Positions 38,177 to 50,482 of a stretch of DNA of 64,000 bases are shown here, piece by piece. The stretch is from assembly GCF_001194135.2 (NCBI RefSeq), contig NC_068989.1, positions 40,116,213-40,180,212 on the forward strand, in the 5' to 3' direction. This DNA is from Octopus bimaculoides. Lineage: Eukaryota. The translations under genes and the position numbers were made by a program. Each line of letters begins with the position of its first letter. The first letter of the stretch is position 1. The notes under the pieces are model-generated. The model searched no databases. It was not told the origin of the DNA and saw only the letters and a program-made list of their open reading frames with translations.

Positions 38177-38195
38177 GATTTATCTATCTATCTAT
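38107..38195. repeat. (TATC)n microsatellite
   Basis: Directly visible. Confidence 0.95.
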
Positions 38196-38354
38196 AGGCC
38201 AATTAAAAACAGATGGTGGATATTTTGCCTCGTCTCTTTAGTGTTGTGCACAGTTCTAAATAATGATTTTTCAGTTCATCTATGTATAAATGGTTTTAAA
38301 GTTTTGCACGAGTCTACTAGTTTCGTAGAAGAGGTAAGTGGATTACGTCTATTA

Positions 38355-38500
38355 ATGGATTCAGCTAGTATTTATTGTATTGACCTTGAAAGGATGAAAG
38401 GTGAAGTGGACCTCGGTGCAATTTAAACTCAGAACGTAATGATGGACGGAATTTCAGCTAAGTGTTTGCCCGGTGTGCTAAAGATTCTCCCATCTTGCCA
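38355..38500 (-). mobile_element. SINE family A, partial
   Basis: GAAAGGATGAAAGGTGAAGTGGACCTCGG...AACTCAGAACGTAA...GCCCGGTGTGCTAAAGATTCT. Confidence 0.7.
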
Positions 38501-39465
38501 TATTCTTTTATGCATAAATAGGTTGCCGATGTCTAGCTTGAGGTTATTCCTGATTCTGCATACATATTTTTGGAGGGTCTCCATATGTGATAAATGATGA
38601 TTATGTCAATGATCATTATAGGACTACATTATAACACGTGTCTGATGGTTACAAAGTACGTTGTGTTTTGGTGCAACTCGTTTTTATTTCTAGGATATCG
38701 CATAGATACTCCATTATTAGTTAAAGTATAAACGCTTTGCTGTCTTTGATTAGCCATAAATCAGCCTTAACTAAGATGAAAAGCAAACTAATCGTGATCA
38801 TTCCAGCTTTCAGGAAACTAATAAAGTTCATTTTGTGAAAGTGATAAAATGTAATTTAAGGTAGAACTAATAACAATGTGTAGCAGGTTGAGTCACCGCT
38901 TAAATATTCCTTCCTTGTTTGACCGGTTTAAATAACAAAACAACAGAAGCCAACGGGAATATTTTAACTCATTACCGCAGCAGTTAATTCTTTACCAGAG
39001 AAACTACTAAAAGGTTTTATATTTAAAATTTACTTAATAGCCTTTAAGTATTGTTAGTTTGATTTCATAAAACACCTGTTTGTGGAACGGCTTGTAATTA
39101 CCTTTACTCATAACAAAAACGGATTGATAATTACTTTTACACATAATAGAACATTTAAAGACTATTCAGGAGAATTAAGACCAATTTCTCGAATTTATTT
39201 TTACGTAGCGTATCCATTTTCGAATCATAGAATCATTGAAACAAAAGATTACGCATGCATATGTGGTTCCTGATGTTACTGCATTTTGAAGGACATTTGC
39301 CAAGAAACAGCTAACTTTAGTGAGAAAAAATAGTGTATCGTAGTCTCCCTTGAAAGGGAATCTAATTTTTATCTTCTGACAGTGCTTCGTAAAAACTATT
39401 TAACAAAATATAACAGTAAATTGGAAACGCTGTTACTCTGTTATTTTTTATAACTGATCTCGTAA

Positions 39466-39560
39466 GCGCGCATGGCCTTGATGCTAGATCCAATTCCTGG
39501 AGCATGTAGTATGTTGTGTTCTTGAGCAAAATACTTCATTTTACTTTCCTCCTCGATCAC
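39466..39560 (+). mobile_element. decayed head of SINE family C
   Basis: GCGCGCATGGCCT...ATTCCTGGA...GTTGTGTTCTTGAGCAAAATACTTCATTTT; the last ~30 nt are shared with 47087-47117. Confidence 0.55.
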
Positions 39561-40199
39561 TTTGACGTCTGTTATGTTGTACAATGTGGACCTGTACAAG
39601 TGAAGTTTATTTGATGAAGGGAGCGAGCTAATGAACAGCACATACACTTGTGGAGTTTTTTCCGCAAGAAATTGCAGAAACATTTTTCTCAGACTATGAT
39701 GGGCTACCTGGCTTAACAAATATACGGGCAATGATGGTCAACCATTTTATGTTATTTTCAAGAAATTTGTACATGGTATGAGAGTGCTGTTTTTTTTTAT
39801 TGTGTTAAGTTATCCGAACAATATTTGGTTGCTATGTTTAGCAGAATGGTCGATCATGTAAAATGTCTCTCATTGACTTTTAAAGCCAAAGAGATTACAT
39901 AACTAAGGTGTTGCATAAAATTTGATACAAGACACCACTATATAGGATGCAATAAAAAAGCACTTCAACAGCAATACTGGTATTATGCATTCAATTTGAT
40001 ATTACAAAAACCAATATATTCTTGGTACCTTTACCGAAGTTAGATCTGATTCCAAGTTTCGTGTCCAAAACAGAAGATGTAAGTTAGAAATTAAAACTGT
40101 ATATCAATTTGTTAGAATGTACAAGGTTCATTAATTTCAGTGGTGGTAGAGAAGTCATACTGAAAAAAAAAAAACAAATGTGAGAATTAAAACAGTAAA

Positions 40200-42870
40200 A
40201 AAAGGGAATTTGGTTTACGGTTTCTCAGATCTTCTTTAAATAGTCGCTTTCGCTTGTAATGGTATGTTTAGGGATCTGATGTATTTATAAACTTTTACTG
40301 CGAGCGGATCTGATTTTTGTAGCGTTGAAAAATTGATGAATTTTTTCTTCCGTGGTCAAGCTTTTCGTTCTGCTTGGTTGGTTTCCTTGTGGATACGGTT
40401 ATAGGTCGTTCCGGTAGGTTGGTTCTCTTTAAGGGTCATTTCGTTATATACGCTGATGGTCGGTTTTGATTGGTCTGGACCTATGTGAGTCAGCAACTGG
40501 TGTTTGTGGAATTTCATTGGATTGGAGGTGCGTGACGTCGGCATCTTGTGTTTGTGTGGTGATTTTGTGTCGCGGTTTCGAAACCTGGGTGGAAGATTGT
40601 TACTAAAATTTTGTTGTTTGTTTTTGTGTTGAAATTGAGTCATTTTTTCTTCTTTATACTGCTTTTTCATCTTTCTAAAGGATATTCAGTGTTGGTTTAT
40701 ATTTTTTAATCCGTATGTGTTCCTTATTTAAACGGAATTGGGTTGAAGTGTTTCCGGTGCATTGATAGAGAAGGAAGATTTGGTATTTAGGGTTTTTGTC
40801 TACAGAGCATTGATCTAGGTGCTGGCTAACGGGAATTTTCCTAGTGGCGGGATCCCGGATTTGTTGTCTGTGTACCGTAAGTCTATCCCTCAAAGTTCAG
40901 CTTGTCTGACCAATGTAGTCTCCACCACAACCTCCACATTTAAGAACATAGATTAAGTTCTTCAAAGCACATGTGAAGTCATAATTTATGGTAAAAATTT
41001 GGCCTGACTTAAATTTGTATGTTGAGCCCCCTAAGAGAAAGGTGCAAGTTCCGCAGTTAGGGCGGTTGCACTTTTTGACTTGTGGCGGTTGTATTTTTGT
41101 TGGGTAGTTTCGCGCTGGTTATTAATTTTTGTAGAGATTGTGGCTGTCTTTTACTTTTAATAATCCTATGTGTTTCTAGTGCCTTTTTCATTCGTGGGTC
41201 CTTCATAGGGAGAGGTATGTTTTAGTGGATGATGTTGTATGCTTCCTTGTTTCTTGGATTGTGTGTTGATATGTAAGATAGAGTTTTAAGTGTGTCATGG
41301 TGTTTCTTGTTTTCCGTAACTCTTGGATGTCTATCATTTTTGCCCGTTCGATTCCATTTTCGATTAGACTGACCGGGTATTTTCTATCTAGTAATGAGGT
41401 TTTAAGTTCTTAGAGTCGCTTCTCTCGGGTTTCGGGATTTGATGCAATCGTGCAAATTCTTCTCGCTAAGTTGAACGGTATATTTTGTTTAGTATGTTTT
41501 GGGTGGCAAGAGAAGAATAAAAGATATTGTTTTGAGTCTGTTGGTTTGAGAAGATGTCGGTTTCAATCTCAGTATCTATCTTTATTATTCAGATGTCCAG
41601 GAAGGGTAGTTGTTGGTGGTTGTATTCCATAGTGAATTGGATACTGTGGCTAATGCTGTTGATTAAGTTTTAAAATTTTGTGAGTTGTTCAATGTTATAT
41701 GGCTAAAGGATGAAACAGTCATCCGGGTAGCGTTTCCAGTTGGTAAGTAAGTACTTTTGGAAGTTGTTACCAAATTTCAATCTAGCGTGTTCGTATATTT
41801 GGACTTCCAAGTATGCCATGACAACGTTGGCAAAAGTAGGCGCTCCCCTTGTTCCCATCGCCGTGCCCGACTTTTCTCTATAAGTGTTATCGTTGAAATT
41901 GAAGAAGTTGTTCTGTAGAATGCACCATGTTCAACGATGAATTCTTTTCCGAATCTGTCAGGAATGTCATTTGGAATTTTCCAGCCAGTATTGTTTGGCT
42001 ATTATTCCGTATTCGTGAGGAATCGAGGTGTAGAGGTTTATTACATCAAATGAAATCAAGAGAGAGTCTTTTCTGGTTTTGTTCGGGAGATGGTTTAAAA
42101 AGTCCAGATCATCCTGTATAAAGCTCGGTATATGTTGGAGAATAGGTTTGAGGATGGCGTCAATAAAATTACTGAGTCTGTGTGTCTCACAAGAGGGACC
42201 GGCCACAATTGGTCTCATTTTGAGATCTCTTGGGAATATTTATGACTATAGAGGTTGACTTGTTACAGGCTTCGTTTATGGCCTCACTTTTGTGGATTTT
42301 GGGAAGTCCATAGAAGTTAGTGGTTTTGCAGTCAAATCTAGTCAAGCATTCTGTCTCCTTTTGTGTTAAACCTTGTTGGAATTGTTGGATAAGGCTAGAC
42401 AGTTTGGTCATTATCTAGGATTGACTGTAGTTGTTGATTTTTTCATAGTAGGTATTGTCTTGAAGGAGAGTTAGGGTAGTTTTTATGTATTTTTCGGAAT
42501 CCATGATAACTTCTTTTATGTCAGCTTCTTTTATAATTATGTTGTCATCTTCCCTGAGATTATTGATGATTTCCCATTCTTCTTTACTTGTATTTATTTT
42601 AAATTTTTGGTGTGAGAGTAAATCGTAGAGGAAACTGAAAATCAAGTCACAAAAGTTATCCAGAGTTTCATTTTTTACTTTTGTCGGACAGTAGTTGCTT
42701 TTATAGCGAAGGATGGCTTGATCATTATTTTCTTTATCTAGTTGTCCTTCAGTGACGCGATGTTTTCTGCAGAATGCTTGGATATCATTTTGTATGTCAT
42801 TTAGGTTCGACCTTTGTGGTGTAGGAGTGAACTTCAATCCTTTTGCAATCCCTTTGCTATACATATATAA
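40200..42870 (-). mobile_element. Penelope-like retroelement (RT + GIY-YIG), 5'-truncated, degenerate
   Basis: AKGLKFTPTP; DDNIIIKEAD; NFYGLPKIHKS; MRPIVAGPSCETHRLS; LISFDVINLYTSIPH; GTAMGT.GAPTFAN; WKRYPDDCF; NLIYVLKCGGCGGDYIGQT; RLTVHRQQIRDP...KKYKPTLN* (stop ~40675). Confidence 0.92.
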
Positions 42871-42915
42871 GTATGCATGTATAAGTTAGGATATTATAAC
42901 ACTTAAATATACGTA

Positions 42916-42957
<42 letters not shown>

Positions 42958-42960
<3 letters not shown>

Positions 42961-43100
42961 AGAATTCACAAAAAAAACAAAAGACGACGACAGGTGGTGT
43001 AGACAACATACAGATGTATTAGTTTAACGCTTGGGAAGTGAAAAGGTTTTTAACGTTTCGAGCCTACGCTCTTCCACAGAAAGAAACAGGGAGAGAAAAT
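42958..43100 (-). mobile_element. Penelope pseudo-LTR terminus with hammerhead-like motif
   Basis: (TA)n-AGGAGAATTCACAAAAAAAACAAAAGACGACGACAGGTGGTGTA...AACGTTTCGAGCCTACGCTCTTCCACAGAAAG; homologous to 61325-61460. Confidence 0.65.
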
Positions 43101-44524
43101 ACAAATATACATACATATATGTGTCTGTGTGTGTGTGTGTCTGTGTGTGTGTGTATACGCATACATATGCACACATATACGTGTGGAACAGGTTGAATGT
43201 AGATTCGTCCTTTAATTGGAGTGGTTTCCAAAAAGATTTCTAGCGTTGATTCTTCATACTTTCCTGGGAGTTTACTGGTGTAAATTAGCGAAGGTGTGAA
43301 AAATAGTATTAGAATATTAAGTGCATAATTAATTTATGGATATATGTTGTACGAATCCAATCATATTTGTCAAAAATGGAGGCGATAAGATGTTATAAGT
43401 TGTAAGAAGTTTATTCGTGTATAGAATCGTTTCATACATAGATACAAATTCATATTTGAATTTTCAAATTATCATAGTACTCATCAGTGCAGAGAGAAAA
43501 TAATAATAGGAACTTAACAAAAGAGCAGAGGAATTGGATCTATGAGCTTCATGTTTAGCTGTTCCTTTCTATGTGTTATAGTGATGGGAGTCATGTCAAA
43601 TATTAAACCACAATTAGCGGATGAAAAGTTAGGAGATGATATAAATATAGAGATATTGATAACATTCTCTCTATAGATTAGTATGATTTTCTAATTAAAT
43701 CTCCATATACGCAGCATAAAGCGAGTAAGTTAGAGAAATGTAACTTAAATCTAACCGTTAAAAACAATATTTGGTATTTTTATAATAAAACAATCATAAA
43801 CAGATGAATAAAGTTTAGCGTAAAACGTTATGTTTTTAAAGCTTATACTAGAAAGTTTATGAAATCATTTATGAAAATATAGTGAGAGGGGGATGAATTA
43901 AAAAGAATAAAGTGGAAGTGGGTTAAGGACTCGTGTTTACTCAAGATCCGTATTAAGGTAACATGGAAGTATAATAGAGGAGATGAGGAAAAGTGGTAAT
44001 TCAAATGGAAATATGACGAGTAAGGTTGTATATATTTACGAAGACTATTGTTAAGAATGGAGATAAGAGAACATTTTAGGGGATGTAGTAAGAAGAGAAA
44101 TATAGAAGCGATAATGTAATTAGAGAGGGTGGAAAGGAAACAAAATTTTCTAGTGTAGGCGAGATAAATAAGAAGGTATGTAATGAAAGAAGTGAATGTT
44201 AAAAATAAAAGAAAGATAAATTATTGATAAAGGTACTGAATGTGTAGGATAATGCTATACAAAAGGAATATTTTGTATATATAAAAATCTATGTCAAGAG
44301 GTTTATTCTTGATAAGTATTATGTGAAAACGACAGGGTATGGCTATATATGATTGTAATGAATAAAAATACACGTTATGTAAATATACTAAAAATTATTA
44401 TTATTATGATCTACGACTAGATAGATACATGTAGGGGTACATATAATGTTACAAAATTATAGAATAAATGCTTATCATATATGGAAGAAAGTGAATGTAT
44501 ATGCAATAAAATATGTATATGGAG

Positions 44525-45310
44525 TCATACATACACATATAAGCATATAGATACACAAATATATACATGGTGCACCAGCATGACCGCAGCCACTTGGCTA
44601 AAACACATAAATAAATAAATATACATACACACTATATGCACATGCATATACATGTATAAATACATACATATGTAAATAAACACGTATATACACATACATA
44701 CATTTACATATATATGCGGCCGCACACACACACACACATACACACACACGCACACATATATACATACATACATACATACATACATACACATACACACATA
44801 TATATGTACATACATACATACATACATATATACATGCATACGTATACACATAAAAACATATATACAAACATAGATAAGCAGATATAGATGCAAACATGCA
44901 CAACCGCACTATAACATACAAGTGTATGTATAACAGTATTGAAAATGTACTTAACTATAAGATGGAATAACTAATGACATATGCAAGTATTTAGTGATGT
45001 AGATATGTTCGGAGGAAGGGGAGAAAAATGAGAGTACATATACATAGGTATATAAGGGTAGACATATAAGTAGAAATGTATATGTATACTCAAATAGAAA
45101 TATATAGTTATACAAAAATCTACATGCAGAAGATAGTGTATCTTACACACATCCATATGAATGTGCATACAACACTCATATACACCTGAATATAGAGATA
45201 TGTATATATGCATACATAATGGGTGTATATACTCACATGTATGTACAGATACACACAGATATGTAAGCACATAAACAGCACACATACGTGCATATGCATG
45301 TGTGCAAAAA
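44525..45310. repeat. long degenerate (CA)/(TA)/(CATA) low-complexity tract
   Basis: Directly visible; source of the spurious MYVC/YIH ORFs. Confidence 0.9.
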
Positions 45311-45499
45311 TATAGGAGTAAATAAGAAAGTAGACAGGTATAAGTTCATATATCCAAGCGTATGAGGAAAAATGTATTTAGAGACACAGTTTGCATAATA
45401 GCCCTATATACAGAAGGTCCTTCAGTTATCATTAAAAAAATATTAAAATAAAATATATAAAGGGAATTTATGTTATAGTAATACAATTGGGATAGGATA

Positions 45500-46720
45500 G
45501 AGTTCTATACTGAGTAATAAGGGAGAATATAATGTGTGTTTTTTTCAAATATATCAAACGAAGAAATTAGGTAGTAAATAGTTATTTTAGATTAATGAAT
45601 AGGAATTTGGTCATATGAGAAAATCTTTCTTCCCTCGTATTAATTAGGTTTCCATTCATTCTCATTATGTTATAGCTTTGTTCCAGATATAATCTGCAAA
45701 TTTTATTGTTATTTCTCTAAGAATGGGCCGAAGATAGAATTTTCCAGGAGATTGAGAAATTAATGTTGTTTCTTTTGAGGTGCCAAATTGTTTTTGATAT
45801 TCCGGTACTGTTCTCTATTTTATGGTCCCTAAAGGTGGATTCGTGGTTCGAAATTTACGATTTAACCCAGTTTTACATGCAACCTATATATATAAATCTC
45901 GATAAGTCTAGTCTAATAATTGTTGCCTGGTATACAACGTCTTTCTTTTACAATTTCTTTCTAATTTACAAGAAATTAGGGTCTTTGAAATTGCAATTTG
46001 TATTTGTGGGTGGTGTAGTGTTACATGTATGTTTCGCTGGTTATTATTAGTATTGATATTGTTAATTGTAGGATTTTACGTTTTTTTTTTATAATTTTGT
46101 TTTGATAGAATTGATCTAGATTCTTATTGTTAAATGAAGATATCCTAAAAGATTAGGAGAAACTGAAAATCCAAATCTAATATGTTTATTATTAAATATT
46201 TTTGCGTATTTAGTNNNNNNNNNNNNNNNNNNNNNNNNNNNNNNNNNNNNNNNNNNNNNNNNNNNNNNNNNNNNNNNNNNNNNNNNNNNNNNNNNNNNNN
46301 NNNNNNNNNNNNNNNNNNNNNNNNNNNNNNNNNNNNNNNNNNNNNNNNNNNNNNNNNNNNNNNNNNNNNNNNNNNNNNNNNNNNNNNNNNAGGAGAAACT
46401 GAAAATCCAAATCTAATATGTTTATTATTAAATATTTTTGCGTATTTAGTGTTTTTGAAGTTTTTATTAAAAATCATTCTGATGGACCAACTGAAATTCG
46501 ATTTTAAGTGTTTTGAAAAGGGAATTATTATCCCAATGGTTTTCTCGTTGCCTGCTTTGGTAAAGAACTGGGTTGTATTCAGAGAGTCAAATCTTTTCAT
46601 AGATGGTATAGATTTCATTTCTACTATGTTGTTCATATCCTTGTTAATTAGAAAGAGTATTATAGTTATTCACATCATTATATAAAATGGTCTTATTTTG
46701 ATTATTCCTGACTTTTTCTG
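45500..46720 (-). mobile_element. second Penelope-like lineage fragment (RT thumb to GIY-YIG), interrupted by gap 46215-46390
   Basis: IIIPFSKHLKSNFSW...KYAKIFNNKHIRFGFSV; NTNCNFKDP; DVVYQATII...IYIGCM; NHESTFRDHKIENSTGISKTIWHLK...ISWKILS...KICRLYLEQ...LINTREE. Confidence 0.75.
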
Positions 46721-47068
46721 TTTGTTGCCTTAATGTTCCTATTTTTATGCTTAATTATACAATTATGGTGCATTTTGCCAGTATTTATAGGTTTGTTTAC
46801 ATTAGTGTAGATAGGAAGGTAGTAATTATTAAGATTTATATTCTTTTTCAGAATTTTATTTCTGTTGTAGTGCTTGTAATACTTGAGTCTTTTTGTATTG
46901 TTATTATAATGATGATGGTCGAGTTTATTGATGTTGTTATGTTAATGAATGTTATTTGGAGTTTTCAGTATTTGTTTATTAGGATATACTATGTCATTAT
47001 ATGTATTAGGTTCTCTAATATTAACTTTATTATTTTTGTAATTATGTTTAATATCATTNNNNNNNNNN

Positions 47069-47255
47069 TCCTGGACCGAGCGACGCGTTGTGTTCTTGAG
47101 CAAAATACTTCATTTTCACGTTGCTCCAGTCCACCCAGCTGGCAAAAATGAGTAAAGCTGCGATGGACTGACGTTCCGTCCAGCTGGGGAACACATACGC
47201 CATAGAAACCGGGAAACCGGGCCCATGTGCCTGGCTAGGCTTTAAAATGGCGCAT
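47069..47255 (+). mobile_element. SINE family C (5' end lost in gap) with a V-domain-like central block
   Basis: GCGTTGTGTTCTTGAGCAAAATACTTCATTTTCACGTTGCTCCAGTCCACCCAGCTGG...GCTGCGATGGACTGACGTTCCGTCCAG; (TAT)n tail. Confidence 0.6.
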
Positions 47256-47297
47256 TTATTATTATTATTTTATATATATATACATATATATATATAT

Positions 47298-47797
47298 AGG
47301 GGGAAAGTACGAACAAAAATAATCGACAGTGCGCATTGGAAATAAAAAAAAGTAAAGGCTTTTATGAAAAGTAACGATAGATATATGGTATTAATTGAAA
47401 GGTTAGTAATGTTCTGTATTATGTTATGTGTTCATATTTAGTTGTGGAAGATATTTATTGATGAAAGTTGCCTCTTTATTCATTCTTTGTTGCATTGAGG
47501 TGTTTTGTGCACATTGATAGAAGGGAAAATTAGGAAATTAGGGTTAAGATTCCTCGCACACCTTTCTATGTGTCCACTGACCTGTATCTGTCTGTATTGG
47601 GGGTGGCGGATTTGTTCTTTGTAGAGAGTGGTTCTTCGACGGAGTGATATTCCTGTTTGGTCAATATAATTATTGGTGTGGTAATAATTATATTGGCCAA
47701 ACAGGAATATCACTCCGTTGAAGAACCACTCTCCACAAAGAACAAATCCACTTCCCACAATACAGACAGATACAGGTCAGTGGACACATAGAAAAGG
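47298..47797 (-). mobile_element. Penelope-like 3' fragment with fold-back inversion
   Basis: NNYIDQTGISLRRRTTLYKEQIRHPQYRQIQVSGHIERC (GIY-YIG) on minus, with its mirror NNYIGQTGISLR on plus. The 3' side abuts (TA)n at ~47297. Confidence 0.85.
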
Positions 47798-48249
47798 AAC
47801 CTTTGTTTATATGCGTTTTGCTCCATTTATTCTTCTTCTTCATATCTACTCAAAATGAATCACTTTAACTTGGGGTCTCTACATATAAAACGGATGTGAT
47901 ATCCTGGTGTTTTTGTATGTTTTTTGCTCCCCAGGGTAACTATTAACATATTTACATTGTCAAGGTTTTTTAAACTGAGATGATATTAATATATACATAA
48001 ATTGATATATATATATATANNNNNNNNNNNNNNNNNNNNNNNNNNNNNNNNNNNNNNNNNNNNNNNNNNNNNNNNNNNNNNNNNNNNNNNNNNNNNNNNN
48101 NNNNNNNNNNNNNNNNNNNNNNNNNNNNNNNNNNNNNNNNNNNNNNNNNNNNNNNNNNNNNNNNNNNNNNNNNNNNNNNNNNNNNNNNNNNNNNNNNNNN
48201 NNNNNNATATATATGAAATTATTATGAGCACGGAAAACAGGAAGTATCA

Positions 48250-48272
48250 ACATAATGATAATAATAATAATG

Positions 48273-48329
<57 letters not shown>

Positions 48330-48330
48330 T
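48250..48330. repeat. (AAT)n microsatellite
   Basis: Directly visible. Confidence 0.95.
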
Positions 48331-48399
48331 ATATATGGTTACTGTTAAACTATTGAGCAGATAAAACAGAAGCAAAATGAATTCATCCAATCTTATGCC

Positions 48400-50482
48400 C
48401 TTATTAGACCACACATTGGCACTCTGGATGTCATCATGGAAAATACCAGTCGCAAGGCTGATAGGGGTAAAGAAGATGAAGCCAGGACCAGAAGATCCTC
48501 TTATCCAGTGGTCCCTCCAAAGAATGAATCCCCCACCCCTGTGAACAACCAGGCTGATAAGGATAGGGAAGCTGAAGAAACAACAACCAGAAGTCCCTCT
48601 GTGCCAGTGGTCTTACAAAGGAATGGAATCCGAAACCCTAAAGGAGAGAAAAAATTTGGAACAAAGTCAAGGACATAAAAATTTCACCTGCAACGCAAAT
48701 GTTGGTATGGGGAAGACGGTACAAATTGCTGGTTTGTCCACCCGAGACGCCGCTAAAACTGCAGTAGTCTTAAGGAGAATACTTCCCTGAGGAAAGACAC
48801 CAATCGTCTCCAAAGAGAAAGTATGCAAATACAGTGAACTCTTCAGATTTTATGCGCAAGGCAGTAGCTGAACAACAGTCTTTCTTGTGCATGGCGCAAA
48901 AGATTGTGCAGCAGATAACCTGGATACATTAAACGCAAACACAGAACCTTGCTCCCCACTGCGCAAGACCACCTCAATCAACAGACACGGGATGGCTTTA
49001 ACGCTTGCCCAGTCGTCACACCAGTATTTTTACTAAATAGTGGAAGCCTGTTGCATCACAACAAAGGTAAAATCTTTTTACTGTGAGATCTTGCTGCATG
49101 CAATCAAACCCTATGCATAGCACTCGTGGAAACTCATCTGAGCCCTGATATAGAGGATGCAGAAGTACACGTATATCATACTGCGAAAGGACAGAAGGGA
49201 AAGGAAACATGGTACAGTTGCTGTATGAATACGTAAAGACCTCACACTCAGGTCCTGCTGTAATACCTAAATTCAGTATGTGACACTCTAATTGTATACA
49301 TAAGACAACACAATATGCAATACATATCGCCCACCGTGTGCTGCAAACAATATAGGCAAGTTTGAAGATTGCCTCAAAAGAAATAAAGAAACCCTCATGA
49401 AACTGGAATATCACGTGAGCGTATTTCTTATGGGTGATTTCAACTTCCCCAATGTCAAATGGTCCGAAGATCTCATACTATCAGGAATGACTCATTGCAA
49501 ACAAGCAGAGGTAGAGTCCGTGCTCAACCTCACCAATGCCCTGGTCATGGAGCAAGTTATACTCAGACCGACTAGGGCGAATAACATTTTGGACTTCGTT
49601 CATGATATGAAAGTGACGCCGACATTAGTTCCGGATTACAACATAATAGAGCTGTCTATGTATGGACCAAAAGTAGCCAGAAATATACAGCCTAAAGGAA
49701 GCACCAAAAATCTCTCCAATCTTCCTCGAAGCAGACTGGAAATAAATCCAAAAAGAGCTCCTCAAGCAGGACTGACCTAAATTCCTCTCTACACCAGACA
49801 TTGGCACGAAACTAGAATATTTCATGTCTGTTATGCAAACTATATACCAGAAAAATGCCCCATAGCACAAGGCCAACAGAAAAATTCCGAGGGAGAGGAA
49901 GAACCTTATGAGACGACGGACGAAGGTTGCAAATCGCTTCAATCAACATTCCAAAAGTAGTGAAAGGATCCGCCTAAAACTGATGGAGATTGAAGAAAAC
50001 ATTCAACAATACTATGTGAAGGAGGTAGCAGACAAAGAAGCCTGGGTTATAAAGACATTAAGTCAAACCCAAAGGCCTTCTTTCATTATGCCAAAAAATA
50101 GCCCAAGTCCGCTGCAAAATAGAAACCCCTCTTCCAAAAGAATAGCTCCCTGACAGGTAGCCCAACCAGGATCAGTGAGGTACTGAATGACCAGTTCAAA
50201 AGTGTCTTTGCCATCCCGTTGGTACACAGATAAATGTGAATGAACTGGTGGATTTCTTTTCCGCCTCACCTATAACCAGCGAGGTGGATAACATCGACAT
50301 TAGTGAAGAAGATATACTACTAGCCATAGATGAGGTGGATGCAAACGCAACTGCTGGTTCTCAAATCGTGTAAGCGTGCCCTGGCGAAACCACTACAGAC
50401 TCTCGTCCAGAACTCTCTTGGAAATGGCAGACTGCCAAGCAAACTGAAGAAGGAATAATATGCCCAACCCAAGAAGGAGGCT
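48400..50482 (+). mobile_element. CR1/L2-group LINE remnant: ORF1 with CCCH-like finger, APE endonuclease, start of RT
   Basis: LQRKCWYGEDGTNCWFVHP (~48690-48745); LCIALVETHLSPDIEDAE; SVFLMGDFNFPNVKW; VLNDQFKSVF; DIDISEEDILLAIDEV; KLKKGIICPT. Confidence 0.8.

Noticed and set aside
46155-46450. Exact 60-bp direct repeat either side of a gap (46155-46214 and 46391-46450)
   Set aside because: Identical sequence flush with both gap edges is typical of unmerged overlapping contig ends.
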